Origin: Deltaproteobacteria bacterium
GTDB lineage: Bacteria; Desulfobacterota; GWC2-55-46; DRQE01
Assembly (NCBI GenBank): GCA_023134165.1
Contig: JAGLUZ010000018.1
Coordinates: 1 to 35,839, forward strand
Length of the DNA: 35,839 nucleotides
Direction: 5' to 3'
Below, in pieces: positions 17,569 to 27,045 of this stretch (position 1 is its first letter; each line of letters starts with the position of its first letter). A program made the position numbers and the translations under genes. The notes below the pieces were generated by a model. That model did not search any database. It was not told the DNA's origin and was given only the letters and a program-made list of their open reading frames with translations.

Positions 17569-18897
17569 TTACGCTCGTACGACCCGACCTTTTTTGCCTT
17601 TTGTCTTGCCCCTTGTAGCACCTCTGGCATCAACGACCAACTGGCTATTCTCTACAATATTTGCGTAATCGTAGGAGGTGTGATCCGTAACAATCACTAC
17701 ACAGTCGTATTTTGTAAGGCTCTCTTCGCTAACATCCTTGCTCTCCATTTGTAAATCATGGTCTCGCATATTCTTCGGAAGTTCTGGAATATGCGGGTCA
17801 TTATATTCCACATCTGCACCTCTGGCCAAGAGTAGCTCAATTATCTCAAGAGAAGGAGACTCTCGAAGATCATCAACATCCTTTTTGTATGCCATACCAA
17901 GGATTAAGACCTTGGATTTATTAAGTTTTTTATTATCTTCACCAAGGGCAGTCTCTATTTTTTTAACAACATACTCCGGCATACCCGAATTTACCAGACC
18001 AGCAAGCTCTATGAATTTTGTCTCAAAGCCAAATTGCTTTGCCCGCCACGAGAGGTAGAACGGATCAATAGGGATGCAGTGACCGCCAAGGCCTGGGCCT
18101 GGGTAAAAAGCATTAAAGCCAAACGGCTTGGTACTTGAGGCCTCAATGACCTCCCAGATATCCATACCCATTTTTTCTGTCAAAACCTTTAGCTCATTTA
18201 CGAGTGCGATATTGACGCATCTATATATATTCTCAAGCAATTTCGTCATCTCTGCCACCTGCGTTGAGGAGACCTCAACAACCGTATCAACCACGCACTG
18301 GTAGGCTAAGCTCCCAACCTTTAGGCAATTTGGCGTCGTCCCCCCGACGACCTTGGGTATTGTCTTGGTTGTGAAATCCGCGCGACCTGGATCCTCTCGC
18401 TCAGGTGAAAAGACAAGGAAGAAATCCTCGCCAACCTTCAAGCCCCCAGCACTTAACCTCGGAAGCACGACCTCCTCAGTGGTGCCGGGATAAGTCGTGG
18501 ACTCAAGGGAGACCAGTTGACCTTGACGCAGGTATTTTGCGATTGTCTCAGTGGTCTCGGTAACGTAGCGCATCTCTGGGGTGCGATCCTTATTAAGCGG
18601 CGTCGGAACGCAGATAATTATAACATCCTGCTCACCGAGGCCAGCCATCTCAGTTCTTGCCTCAAAGAGACTATCCTTCACAAAATCCTTTATTTTATCT
18701 GGACTTATGTGCTCAATATAGGACTCGCCTTTATTCAGTTTCTCTACTTTAGAGTTGTCAACATCAAAACCGCAGACCTTGAAACCCTCCTCTAGGTAGC
18801 GAATAACAAGAGGCAGGCCAACATAACCAAGACCTATTACGCCAATTTTTGCGGTTTTATCTTTGATTTTATTTAATATTTTTTCTTGATTATTCAA
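17569..18897 (-). CDS. Nucleotide-sugar 6-dehydrogenase (UDP-GlcNAc/UDP-ManNAc dehydrogenase-like, UDP-glucose/GDP-mannose dehydrogenase family)
   Basis: 442 aa. Rossmann motif KIGVIGLGYVGLP and a catalytic-Cys region GLGGHCIPIDP. TTG start. The exact substrate cannot be assigned by eye. Confidence 0.85.
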   Translation of the reverse strand: MNNQEKILNKIKDKTAKIGVIGLGYVGLPLVIRYLEEGFKVCGFDVDNSKVEKLNKGESYIEHISPDKIKDFVKDSLFEARTEMAGLGEQDVIIICVPTPLNKDRTPEMRYVTETTETIAKYLRQGQLVSLESTTYPGTTEEVVLPRLSAGGLKVGEDFFLVFSPEREDPGRADFTTKTIPKVVGGTTPNCLKVGSLAYQCVVDTVVEVSSTQVAEMTKLLENIYRCVNIALVNELKVLTEKMGMDIWEVIEASSTKPFGFNAFYPGPGLGGHCIPIDPFYLSWRAKQFGFETKFIELAGLVNSGMPEYVVKKIETALGEDNKKLNKSKVLILGMAYKKDVDDLRESPSLEIIELLLARGADVEYNDPHIPELPKNMRDHDLQMESKDVSEESLTKYDCVVIVTDHTSYDYANIVENSQLVVDARGATRGKTKGKKGRVVRA

Positions 18898-19153
18898 TAG
18901 ATTATCTCTTAGCTCTTACCCCACAAGGGTATTTATTTGCAAGCCCTAAGTTCCTTGTATTTTTTGCGTAACTTTTTTATTATAAGATTACTAAACCATA
19001 AATCTGACCCTCAGAGTAACACTCATCTTTATTGCATGTCAATTAAGGATTAATCCAAAAACCTGACTTTTCTAAACTGATATTTGGCGTTTTTTTAGTG
19101 TATTTGGAGAACGGGAAAATCCTTATAAAAAAATACTTCAAAACTTGTAAAAT

Positions 19154-19178
19154 AAAAAAACCCCGGCTATTGCCGAGG
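19154..19178 (-). terminator. Rho-independent terminator after the 227-aa gene
   Basis: The minus-strand RNA reads CCUCGG-CAAUAG-CCGGGG (6 bp including one G-U) followed by U7 (the A7 at 19154-19160 on the plus strand). On the plus strand the same stem has a C-A mismatch, which favours minus-strand function. Confidence 0.5.
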
Positions 19179-19212
19179 CTTTTTCTGAGTAAATTAATTT
19201 AAAGTTTTTTCC

Positions 19213-19896
19213 CTACTTTTTTGTAAAGGTTGAGTCCTCGGCTATCGCGGCGTAAAAATAACCGCCACCAAAATCCTTATCAGCAAAGATGCGACCTTTT
19301 GCAGTTACCTCATCTCCTGCGACAACGGTATTGCTCGTTGCCCTAAAGACCAAGTCATTTGTGCCAGCCTCGCCTGTGCCGTCCTGAATATGAACCCAGA
19401 TTCTGCCCATAATAAACGGAGAAACCTTTACAACCTTACCCTTAACAAGGACAATCTTGGCATTTAGTTCAGCCTTCTTTGCAAAGACCTCAGCCACGGT
19501 AAATGTTCCAGCAACCTCATCAGAGAGAGGCTCTGTTGATACAGGTGCTTTTTTTGGAGGTGCGGCCTTTACAATCTCGGAGCCCTCAAAGACCTGCCTA
19601 ACAAAGAGTATCTTATCAAAGGTGCGACCTAGTCCCTTGGAGTAAAAATTCCCCATCCAAACCTCTTCAATAAAACTAACATCTGAGCCCTTGGCTATAT
19701 CATTTGGCGGTCCAGCTATCCAAAACTTTTCACCCTTTTCCTCAATCTCCATATAAGTATAAGGGCCACTCGTCTGGGTATCTGCTATCACACCAGAGTG
19801 CGTTGGCATCCCTGGGTTTGCAGTAACCACAGAGGCCGTAAGTCCAACCACTAGGTTAAGTGCAAAAATAATTGCTAATATTTTAAAACGTTTCAT
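19213..19896 (-). CDS. Secreted hypothetical protein (227 aa), possibly two OB-fold-like modules
   Basis: AGGAGG SD. Signal peptide MKRFKILAIIFALNLVVGLTASVVTA. The second half (VKGKVVKV...WVHIQDGTGE...VVAGDEVTAKGRI...DFGGGY) resembles periplasmic OB-fold (BOF/tRNA_anti-like) proteins by eye only. Confidence 0.55.
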   Translation of the reverse strand: MKRFKILAIIFALNLVVGLTASVVTANPGMPTHSGVIADTQTSGPYTYMEIEEKGEKFWIAGPPNDIAKGSDVSFIEEVWMGNFYSKGLGRTFDKILFVRQVFEGSEIVKAAPPKKAPVSTEPLSDEVAGTFTVAEVFAKKAELNAKIVLVKGKVVKVSPFIMGRIWVHIQDGTGEAGTNDLVFRATSNTVVAGDEVTAKGRIFADKDFGGGYFYAAIAEDSTFTKK

Positions 19897-20049
19897 AATT
19901 ATTTCCTCCTTAAAATAGATAACGTCTCACACACAAGATTTTATGGTAACACAAGCAAAGTAAGGCTTCAACCCCCTCTTCTCATTTGCCCCGCCTGCAA
20001 ACCAATTTACCTATACCCAAGCAAATCTCCGATGTAGAGATTAAAAAAA

Positions 20050-20808
20050 TTATAGGGTAAAACCTGGAACAAAAAAGGCTTGTATATAATCAAAAAAAGT
20101 ATAGCCAAGCGGAAGGATAGTAAAAAGAAGAATAACTACCCAAAGCAAAGACCTCAAAAGAAAGAGATTTGCCTTAAATGTTCCAGTTACCAAGTTTCCA
20201 ACTCGCTCTCTGGCAAAACGCTCAATAGAGGCTGGGGTAACCAGACCTCCACTCTTCTCAATTGTCTCCATAAAATCACCAAGAAAGATTAGACGAATGA
20301 CACCTATTATGCGAAGCGCAATGAAGGCTGAGATAATTCTAAGTGGAGAGAAAAGATTACCACCTTGCGCTGGACGACCCCTTAGGGTTTTATTAACGAT
20401 TTCCTCAAATTCCTCAAAGGTAATTCCCTTTTCTGCAAAAGGGATACGCTTTGCGACATTCAAGGCAAGACTATCTGCAAGCTCCATCACTACCTTCTCA
20501 ACCTCTTCAATGCCTCTACTTACAATTGAGGTTACGGCCGTAAAAAACCCGAGTACGCCACCAATAACAGTATAGATAAAGACTGCTAGGAGACCAAAGG
20601 CACTCTCAAGGACTGGGTGGTAATCAAGCCCCTTGATGGTCGTCACCACAACAAGACCTCCGTTTAATAAAAAAATAATCCCGAAGACAAGTGCCCCAAG
20701 GATTAGGTTCTTTATGGTCTTGCTAAAGAGTGAGAAAAAAAACGCACCAAGGTTGGCGGCCCTATCAGTCCCAGTATCTACTCCTATGTCTATTATTTGT
20801 TTATCCAA
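20050..20808 (-). CDS. Hypothetical integral membrane protein (252 aa)
   Basis: At least four hydrophobic segments. The TTG start lies 1 nt after the uvrA stop (TAA-T-TTG at 20806-20812). No recognisable domain. Confidence 0.5.
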   Translation of the reverse strand: MDKQIIDIGVDTGTDRAANLGAFFFSLFSKTIKNLILGALVFGIIFLLNGGLVVVTTIKGLDYHPVLESAFGLLAVFIYTVIGGVLGFFTAVTSIVSRGIEEVEKVVMELADSLALNVAKRIPFAEKGITFEEFEEIVNKTLRGRPAQGGNLFSPLRIISAFIALRIIGVIRLIFLGDFMETIEKSGGLVTPASIERFARERVGNLVTGTFKANLFLLRSLLWVVILLFTILPLGYTFFDYIQAFFVPGFTL

Positions 20809-20809
20809 A

Positions 20810-23659
20810 TTAAGCCCCTTTTAAGTACTGCTTCAAAAAACGCCCTGTATAAGAACCCCTAACCTTTGCTACCTCTTCAGGCGTGCCCTTTGCAACAATT
20901 TTTCCGCCCTTGTCCCCGCCCTCTGGCCCCATATCAATTACATAATCAGCTGTCTTTATCACATCCAAATTATGTTCAATTATTATTATGGTATTACCAC
21001 TCTCGCTGAGGCTTCTCAGCACCTCCAGGAGTTTATGGATATCCGCAAAATGAAGCCCTGTTGTTGGCTCATCAAGGATATACAGGGTTCTCCCTGTTGG
21101 TCGCTTGCTAAGTTCTTTTGCAAGTTTTATTCTCTGAGCCTCGCCCCCTGATAAGGTCGTTGCGGCTTGACCAAGTTTTATATACCCGAGCCCAACATCA
21201 AAGAGTGTCTTTAACTTTATTTTTATATGCGGTACATTTTTAAAAAATTCCAGAGCCTCGGCAACTGTCATCTCTAGAGCGTCTGCTATGGAGCGACCTT
21301 TGTACCTAATCTGAAGGGTCTCACTATTGTATCTGCGCCCGTCACAGAGCTCGCAGTGTACGTAAACATCTGGGAGAAAGTGCATCTCTACCTTAACAAC
21401 CCCCTCTCCTCTGCAAGCCTCACACCTCCCGCCTTTAACATTAAAGCTAAACCTGCCAGAGCCGTACCCCCGAAGTTTTGCATCAGGCAGGGAACTAAAT
21501 AGCTCACGCACTGGGGTAAAAAGCCCCGTGTAGGTTGCGGGATTACTCCTTGGGGTTCTACCAATCGGAGATTGGTCAACATCAATAACCTTATCAATAT
21601 GCTCAACCCCAGTAATAGAGCTCAGAGCCTGAGCGCGTTGCCTTGAGCCGTAAAGCCGACGCCTTAGATTTTTAAAGAGTGTGTCAATAACAAGCGTACT
21701 CTTACCAGAGCCTGAGACCCCTGTAACGCAGGTTATAAGACCAAGGGGAAAAGAGACATTTATATTTTTTAGATTATTTGCCTTTAGACCTTTTAGGGTT
21801 ATGGCTTTTTTTGTTGCCTTTCTCCTCTCCTTTGGCAAAGGTATCTTTAACTCTCCGGTTAGGTATTTTCCAGTTAGAGATTTTTTATTCTTTAAAATCT
21901 GAGGTGGCGTACCGATTGCTACTATCTCACCGCCTTTGGCCCCAGCACCTGGCCCCATATCAATTACAAAATCCGCACTCTCTATAGTTGCCTCGTCATG
22001 CTCAACAACCAAAACCGAGTTTCCCATATCACGAAGCCTTCTAAGGGCGTCCAAGAGTTTTTGATTATCCCTTTGATGAAGCCCAATAGAGGGTTCATCA
22101 AGAATATATAGGACCCCGACAAGGCTTGAACCAATCTGGGTTGCAAGTCTGATGCGTTGACCCTCACCACCAGATAATGTTGCCGCAGACCGGGCAAGTG
22201 TTAGATAATCAAGGCCAACACTGCTTAAAAACCCAAGCCTCTCAATTATCTCTTTTAAGATGCGAGGGGCAACTACAGCCTTGTGGCCTTCAAATTTCAG
22301 GGTAGAGAAAAACTTTATCGCCGCCGTAATTGATAGCTCTGTTATTTGGAAGATATTTTTCTTCCCTATTTTTATATATAGCGAGTCTTTCTTTAACCTT
22401 GCCCCGTTGCACTCCACACACCTCTGGGCATTCATAAAACGCTCTAAATCCGCTCGAGTGTCCTCAGATTCAGAGTCGTGATACCTTCGCTCTAGGTTTG
22501 GAATTACCCCCTCAAATGTCTGCTGAAAGGAATAACTCTTCTTTGCTTTTTTGTACTCAAAGTTAATCTCTTCCTCGCCAGAGCCATAGAGCATAATGTC
22601 TTTGATTTTTTTTGGGAGTTTTTTAAATGGCAAGTTCGGGTCAAAATCATAATGACTAGCAAGAGAGGTAAGCACTTGCTCAAACCAAAGTGCATTTCTC
22701 TTACTATTCTTTTTATTCCAAGGAAGTATTGCCCCGCTCTTTAGTGAAAGATTTTTATCCGGCACTACGAGTTCTGCGTCAAAGTGAAAACTATCACCAA
22801 TACCCCCGCACTCAGTACACGCCCCGTGCGGAGAGTTAAATGAAAAAGTTGTCGGCGTTAGCTCTGGGTAACTAACAGAGCAGTCAACGCAGGCCAGATT
22901 TTCATTAAAAAATAAAGTGACAGGTTTTGCTTTTTTCTTTTCACCTCCAAGAACAACTACCCTTGCAAGCCCCTTTGAGAGCATTAAGGCAACCTCCATG
23001 CTCTCGGCCAGACGCCCCCTCACAGTGTCCTTTATAATCAAGCGGTCAATTACAACATCTATATCGTGCTTCTTTTTTTTACTAAGTTTTATCTCATCCT
23101 CTAGACTTAAAAGTTTTCCGTCCACATAGACTCGCATATAGCCACTTCGAAGGAGCGACTCAAAATCTTTTTTAAACTCCCCTTTTCTGCCTCTGACAAT
23201 TGGAGCAAGTACCTCAAACCTTGTCCCTTCCTTTAACTCCATCACACGCTCTACCATCTGTGTGCTTGTCTGTGAGGAGATTGGTTTTTTGCATTTATAA
23301 CAATACGGCGACCCTGCCCTTGCAAAAAGAAGACGCATAAAATCATAAATCTCTGTTACCGTACCAACAGTTGAACGAGGGTTTTTTGAGGTTGTTTTTT
23401 GCTCTATGGCAATGGCCGGGGATAACCCCTCAATTGCATCAAGCTCTGGTTTCTCGGTCTGCTCCAAAAACTGACGAGCATAAGCACTTAGGCTCTCCAC
23501 ATATCGACGTTGACCCTCGGCATAAATTGTATCAAAGGCAAGGGAGCTCTTCCCAGAGCCAGAGACACCTGTGATTACAACGAGGCTATCCCTTGGTATC
23601 TCGAGGTTGAGATTCTTTAGGTTGTGAACGCGCGCTCCTTTTATGATTATATTTTTCAT
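20810..23659 (-). CDS. uvrA: Excinuclease ABC subunit A
   Basis: 949 aa. Two ABC ATPase modules ([10 protein letters not shown] twice, LSGGE signature motifs), zinc-finger CxxC pairs, and the N-terminal [11 protein letters not shown]. Confidence 0.97.
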   Translation of the reverse strand: MKNIIIKGARVHNLKNLNLEIPRDSLVVITGVSGSGKSSLAFDTIYAEGQRRYVESLSAYARQFLEQTEKPELDAIEGLSPAIAIEQKTTSKNPRSTVGTVTEIYDFMRLLFARAGSPYCYKCKKPISSQTSTQMVERVMELKEGTRFEVLAPIVRGRKGEFKKDFESLLRSGYMRVYVDGKLLSLEDEIKLSKKKKHDIDVVIDRLIIKDTVRGRLAESMEVALMLSKGLARVVVLGGEKKKAKPVTLFFNENLACVDCSVSYPELTPTTFSFNSPHGACTECGGIGDSFHFDAELVVPDKNLSLKSGAILPWNKKNSKRNALWFEQVLTSLASHYDFDPNLPFKKLPKKIKDIMLYGSGEEEINFEYKKAKKSYSFQQTFEGVIPNLERRYHDSESEDTRADLERFMNAQRCVECNGARLKKDSLYIKIGKKNIFQITELSITAAIKFFSTLKFEGHKAVVAPRILKEIIERLGFLSSVGLDYLTLARSAATLSGGEGQRIRLATQIGSSLVGVLYILDEPSIGLHQRDNQKLLDALRRLRDMGNSVLVVEHDEATIESADFVIDMGPGAGAKGGEIVAIGTPPQILKNKKSLTGKYLTGELKIPLPKERRKATKKAITLKGLKANNLKNINVSFPLGLITCVTGVSGSGKSTLVIDTLFKNLRRRLYGSRQRAQALSSITGVEHIDKVIDVDQSPIGRTPRSNPATYTGLFTPVRELFSSLPDAKLRGYGSGRFSFNVKGGRCEACRGEGVVKVEMHFLPDVYVHCELCDGRRYNSETLQIRYKGRSIADALEMTVAEALEFFKNVPHIKIKLKTLFDVGLGYIKLGQAATTLSGGEAQRIKLAKELSKRPTGRTLYILDEPTTGLHFADIHKLLEVLRSLSESGNTIIIIEHNLDVIKTADYVIDMGPEGGDKGGKIVAKGTPEEVAKVRGSYTGRFLKQYLKGA

Positions 23660-23667
23660 AGCTAAAT

Positions 23668-23673
23668 ATTATA
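23668..23673 (-). promoter_or_regulatory. Candidate -10 hexamer (TATAAT) 8 nt upstream of the uvrA ATG
   Basis: The minus strand reads ...TTGTATAATATTTAGCTATG. There is no Shine-Dalgarno between the hexamer and the ATG (23657-23659), and no good -35. Confidence 0.3.
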
Positions 23674-23790
23674 CAATAATCTAGAGAATTTTACAGATAA
23701 GTGGGAAGGAGAGGAAATGGCTTTTTAAGGTTTATACAAAAAAGAAAAAGAAAAGCATCAAAAAAAACTTTAAAAAGTAGTTTAAACTTT

Positions 23791-23813
23791 GGTTCAAGTT
23801 ACAAACTTGAACC
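23791..23813. other. Perfect 10-bp hairpin between the pdxA stop and the uvrA promoter region
   Basis: GGTTCAAGTT (23791-23800), loop ACA, AACTTGAACC (23804-13). No U-tract follows on the minus strand, so it is not a canonical terminator. Confidence 0.3.
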
Positions 23814-23826
23814 CGCATAAAAAAAT

Positions 23827-24852
23827 TTACTTGGCCATCTCTGCGGCTTGCAGTAGGGCCGCTATCATGCTATTTGCACTGGCACTTCCCTTCCATGCAA
23901 TCGGATAGGCTGTACCGTGATCTGGGGAGGTACGAATTATTGGAAGCCCAAGGGTGGTATTAACTCCGTCCTCAAAGTGGAGGAGCTTTAGCGGAATTAA
24001 CCCCTGATCGTGGTACATGCAAACCACTAGGTCAAAGGCCTCTTGCCGTACGGCCTGATAAAAAAGAGTATCTGGTGGAAGCGGCCCGTTTGCGTCTATG
24101 CCTTGAATGCGGGCTTTATCTACAGCTGGCTCAATTATCTTTCTCTCTTCTTCGCCCATACTGCCGCCGCCGTGCGTCTCGCCAGCATGCGGGTTTAGGC
24201 CGCATACCGCGATGCGAGGTTTTTTTATTCCAAAGTATTTTTTTAAGGCTTCATTTGAAATCTCTATGGTCTTTAAAATCTTACCTTGCGTAAGGAGGGA
24301 TGGAACTTTTTTTATTGGTTCGTGTATCGTAACGAGCGAGACCTTCAAGGAGCTTCCGCTTAGCATCATCACAAAGTTTTTTGCCTTTGTTAAATGCGCA
24401 AGATATTCAGTGTGTCCTGGGAATTTAAAACCACCAAGTTTTGCACTCTCTTTATTTATCGGGGCAGTAACAACGGCACTCGCCTTGCCAGCCAGAACGC
24501 AGGTCACAGCCTCTGTAATATAATCAATCATCGCAACTGAGCTTTCTCTTGTGGGCCTGCCTGCTTTTAGGCCTTTAATATTTGAGATATTAACGACCAT
24601 TGAAGGACTTGGCAAAGGAAGGAAGAGTTTTTTTGCAATTCTGTTTAAGAGCTTCAGGTCGCCTATGACAAGCGGCCTTGCCATGCGAAGAACCTTTGGT
24701 GATGAGATTGCACGCAGGGTAATCTCTGGGCCAATGCCTGCAGGGTCACCAATTGTGATTGCAATTGTTGGTTTATTTTTCTTTGCTTTTGTTTTTTTAG
24801 GAGGCGTGACCTTAGAATTTTCATTCTTTGAACGTAGGTTTTTTGAGTTCAT
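23827..24852 (-). CDS. pdxA: 4-hydroxythreonine-4-phosphate dehydrogenase
   Basis: 341 aa. ITIGDPAGIGPEI, PGHTEYLA, GLNPHAGE and TSPDHGTA. It carries a Lys-rich N-terminal extension of about 25 aa before the conserved core. Confidence 0.9.
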   Translation of the reverse strand: MNSKNLRSKNENSKVTPPKKTKAKKNKPTIAITIGDPAGIGPEITLRAISSPKVLRMARPLVIGDLKLLNRIAKKLFLPLPSPSMVVNISNIKGLKAGRPTRESSVAMIDYITEAVTCVLAGKASAVVTAPINKESAKLGGFKFPGHTEYLAHLTKAKNFVMMLSGSSLKVSLVTIHEPIKKVPSLLTQGKILKTIEISNEALKKYFGIKKPRIAVCGLNPHAGETHGGGSMGEEERKIIEPAVDKARIQGIDANGPLPPDTLFYQAVRQEAFDLVVCMYHDQGLIPLKLLHFEDGVNTTLGLPIIRTSPDHGTAYPIAWKGSASANSMIAALLQAAEMAK

Positions 24853-25038
24853 AATTTTTTTTCGTTCGAAGAATTTTTCTAGGTTTATAATATCTGATTG
24901 TGTTTTTTGAATTTGTTTTATGGAAAAAAACTAGGGTTAAAAAGATTAGAAAAACCTTGGTCTGTTAATTCGCAAATATAATCTTCAAAATTTTTGCAAA
25001 CCAAAAAACAAAAACAACCCAATAAATGACAAAAACCC

Positions 25039-25995
25039 TTAGAAACGGATATCAATATGTGCGGTGCGTCTCGTCTCTTCTAGCCAAAAATCAAATCTCT
25101 CGGCAAGACGTATCTTTGAGAGTTCTTCTGTAACACTCTTCCTTACCTTGGCAAGAGGTCTTGGAGATGCTTCTTTTTTCTCCACAAGTTGAATTATCGA
25201 GATCCCTCTCTCTGTAGTCACGGGGCCGCTAATCTCGCCTTTCTTAAGTTTTTCTGCAACACTTGCTACTGTTTGATCAAGCTCATCGACCTCAAGAAAA
25301 CCAAGGTCGCCGCCATTGTTCGTAGCAGGGCCTTCTGAGTAATCCCTTGCAAGCTCCTCAAAGGCAACCCCACGCCCAAGCTCTCCTAAGACAACCTCTA
25401 CCTTCTTCTTTACAGAGGCCTCATCTGAGCTTGCCTTAAAGAAAATTATCCGAATACGATAAGCTTTGGCTCCTTGGTATTTATCTATATTTTGCTCGTA
25501 GTATTCCCTAATCTCACTTGAGCTGAGCCTAACCTTTGAGCGAAACTCCATATTTATAAATTTTGCCTCACGAATCTCTTCACGAAGTTGAGCTCGGTAG
25601 GAGATTAAGTCGTGACCGTTTTGTGCAAGGGCGACCATAAAGACTTCGTCTGTGAAGTTGTTTTGTTTCTTTACGTCCTCAATTGCCGCGTCTAATTCTT
25701 TATCCCCTATAACAATTCCTGCCTTATCAGCGGCCTGTTTCATGAGGAGATTTTCAATTAATATATCCAGAGCCTTTGCCCTAAGTTTTTCCTTGCTAAG
25801 CTTCTGCTCTATTTGTACTCCTTCTTCTGCTTCCTTTAACTCCGAGAGGGTTATTATCCCTCCATTGACAACGGCAACTATACGGTCAACAAGTTGAGCA
25901 CTGACAATCGTTGGTGAAGAAATAAGTGCAAGGAAAAACATTAGAATTAAAAAATTTATTTTTCTGCACTCTATTTTATTTATTTTATTTGTCAT
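25039..25995 (-). CDS. SurA-like periplasmic chaperone / PpiC-type peptidyl-prolyl isomerase
   Basis: 318 aa. Signal peptide (…SPTIVSAQ), a SurA N-domain-like start (VDRIVAVVNGGIITLSEL), and one parvulin domain (GGDLGFLEVDELD...). Confidence 0.8.
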   Translation of the reverse strand: MTNKINKIECRKINFLILMFFLALISSPTIVSAQLVDRIVAVVNGGIITLSELKEAEEGVQIEQKLSKEKLRAKALDILIENLLMKQAADKAGIVIGDKELDAAIEDVKKQNNFTDEVFMVALAQNGHDLISYRAQLREEIREAKFINMEFRSKVRLSSSEIREYYEQNIDKYQGAKAYRIRIIFFKASSDEASVKKKVEVVLGELGRGVAFEELARDYSEGPATNNGGDLGFLEVDELDQTVASVAEKLKKGEISGPVTTERGISIIQLVEKKEASPRPLAKVRKSVTEELSKIRLAERFDFWLEETRRTAHIDIRF

Positions 25996-26070
25996 TTTTT
26001 TTGGGGGATTTTCTCCAGATTTTATTCTATTATTCTCTTAAATTTTTTTAAAATTCTTGCGTGAAAGATT

Positions 26071-27045
26071 TTATAAAATATCCTTTGATACATTTATACT
26101 TTTTTTCTTCTTTAGAGTGCCGAGCAGTTCCTTAACTTTCTTATCTGTCTGCTCACGAATGAGTTTATTTGTAATCTTCTCCCTAACATCTTCAAAGTTA
26201 AGCTTACCGCCCTCCATCTTTGCCTCAAGTTTAAAGATATGATACCCGTACGGGGTCTTTAAGATACCGCTCGTCTTTCCAGGTTTCATTGCAAAGAGGA
26301 TGTCCTCAAACTCTGGTGGCATCTCACCTCTGGAGAAACTACCGAGATCTCCGCCAAGGTGTGCTTCAGGCCCCTTTGATACCTCTATTGCAAGTACAGA
26401 GAAGTCCTCTTTTTTTATTCGTTTTAAAGTAGCCTGAGCCTCTTTCTCACTTGCAACAACTATCATCCTAGCCTGCACTCGCTCTGCTACCTTATACTCC
26501 TTCATATTGGAGTTATAATACTTAAGAGCCTCTTCTGTATCAACCTTCACCTCGGTTGAGGAAATACCATCAATAACTTTTCTAACAAAAAGTTTTCGCT
26601 TTATGGCCTCCCTCCACCCGGCAATATCTCCGTACCTGCTAATTACAGCGGCATTAAATTCCTCTCCAGCAGAGTCTCCAAATATCTCACGAGACTCTCT
26701 GGCAACCTCTTTCTCTGTAACGCTATAGCCTCTGGCAAGAGCCTCAACTACCATAAGTTCTTCATCAATTATCTGATGGATTAGGCTTCGCTTAAGACCA
26801 AATATCTCTTCTGTGGTCAAGCCTTCCTCGCCGTGTGGAATTAGGCGTTTCATAGCGGCGTCGAACTGTCCAAGCGTTACCTCTCGGTCTTCAACGGTAA
26901 TGACAACCTTGTTAGCCCCTGGTTGAGGTTTTGCCTCATCAGAGCTATTATCACCGCAACCGCCAAGGAAAAGACCAAAGACTCCGAGACAAAGAGAGAA
27001 CAAAGGTATAAAACATCTTCTGTATTTTAGCTCTTCAAATTTCAT
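26071..27045 (-). CDS. PpiC/parvulin-type peptidyl-prolyl isomerase, lipoprotein (PrsA/PpiD-like)
   Basis: 324 aa. Lipobox LFLGGCG and a parvulin domain (GGDLGSFSRGEMPPEF...TPYGYHIFKL). Confidence 0.8.
   Translation of the reverse strand: MKFEELKYRRCFIPLFSLCLGVFGLFLGGCGDNSSDEAKPQPGANKVVITVEDREVTLGQFDAAMKRLIPHGEEGLTTEEIFGLKRSLIHQIIDEELMVVEALARGYSVTEKEVARESREIFGDSAGEEFNAAVISRYGDIAGWREAIKRKLFVRKVIDGISSTEVKVDTEEALKYYNSNMKEYKVAERVQARMIVVASEKEAQATLKRIKKEDFSVLAIEVSKGPEAHLGGDLGSFSRGEMPPEFEDILFAMKPGKTSGILKTPYGYHIFKLEAKMEGGKLNFEDVREKITNKLIREQTDKKVKELLGTLKKKKSINVSKDIL

Noticed and set aside
19047-19056. Perfect 10-bp palindrome GGATTAATCC upstream of the glycan cluster.
   Set aside because: A single short AT-rich palindrome in a 315-bp AT-rich spacer is expected by chance at a frequency of a few tenths. 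It has no clear positional relation to a promoter.
23681-23696. CTGT-N8-CTAG on the minus strand upstream of uvrA, considered as a LexA/SOS box.
   Set aside because: The second half-site is CTAG rather than ACAG, so it does not match the CTGT-N8-ACAG consensus. I cannot match it to other known LexA motifs by eye.
24775-24852. Lys-rich N-terminal extension of about 25 aa on PdxA (MNSKNLRSKNENSKVTPPKKTKAKKNKP...) before the conserved GDPAGIGPE core.
   Set aside because: There is no alternative in-frame ATG, GTG or TTG between it and the core, so the annotated start is probably right. It may simply be a lineage-specific tail, and nothing more can be concluded from sequence alone.
24107-24910. 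Plus-strand ORFs of 138 aa and 119 aa, antisense to pdxA. Similar antisense ORFs lie inside mfd (28075-28359, 28447-28749, 29447-29770, 30967-31341), uvrA, manC, gmd, the dehydrogenase and SulP (173-412, 1309-1515).
   Set aside because: Each lies wholly inside a long, motif-rich gene on the opposite strand. They have low-complexity Ser/Leu/Pro/Arg-rich translations and no SD. These are typical shadow ORFs.
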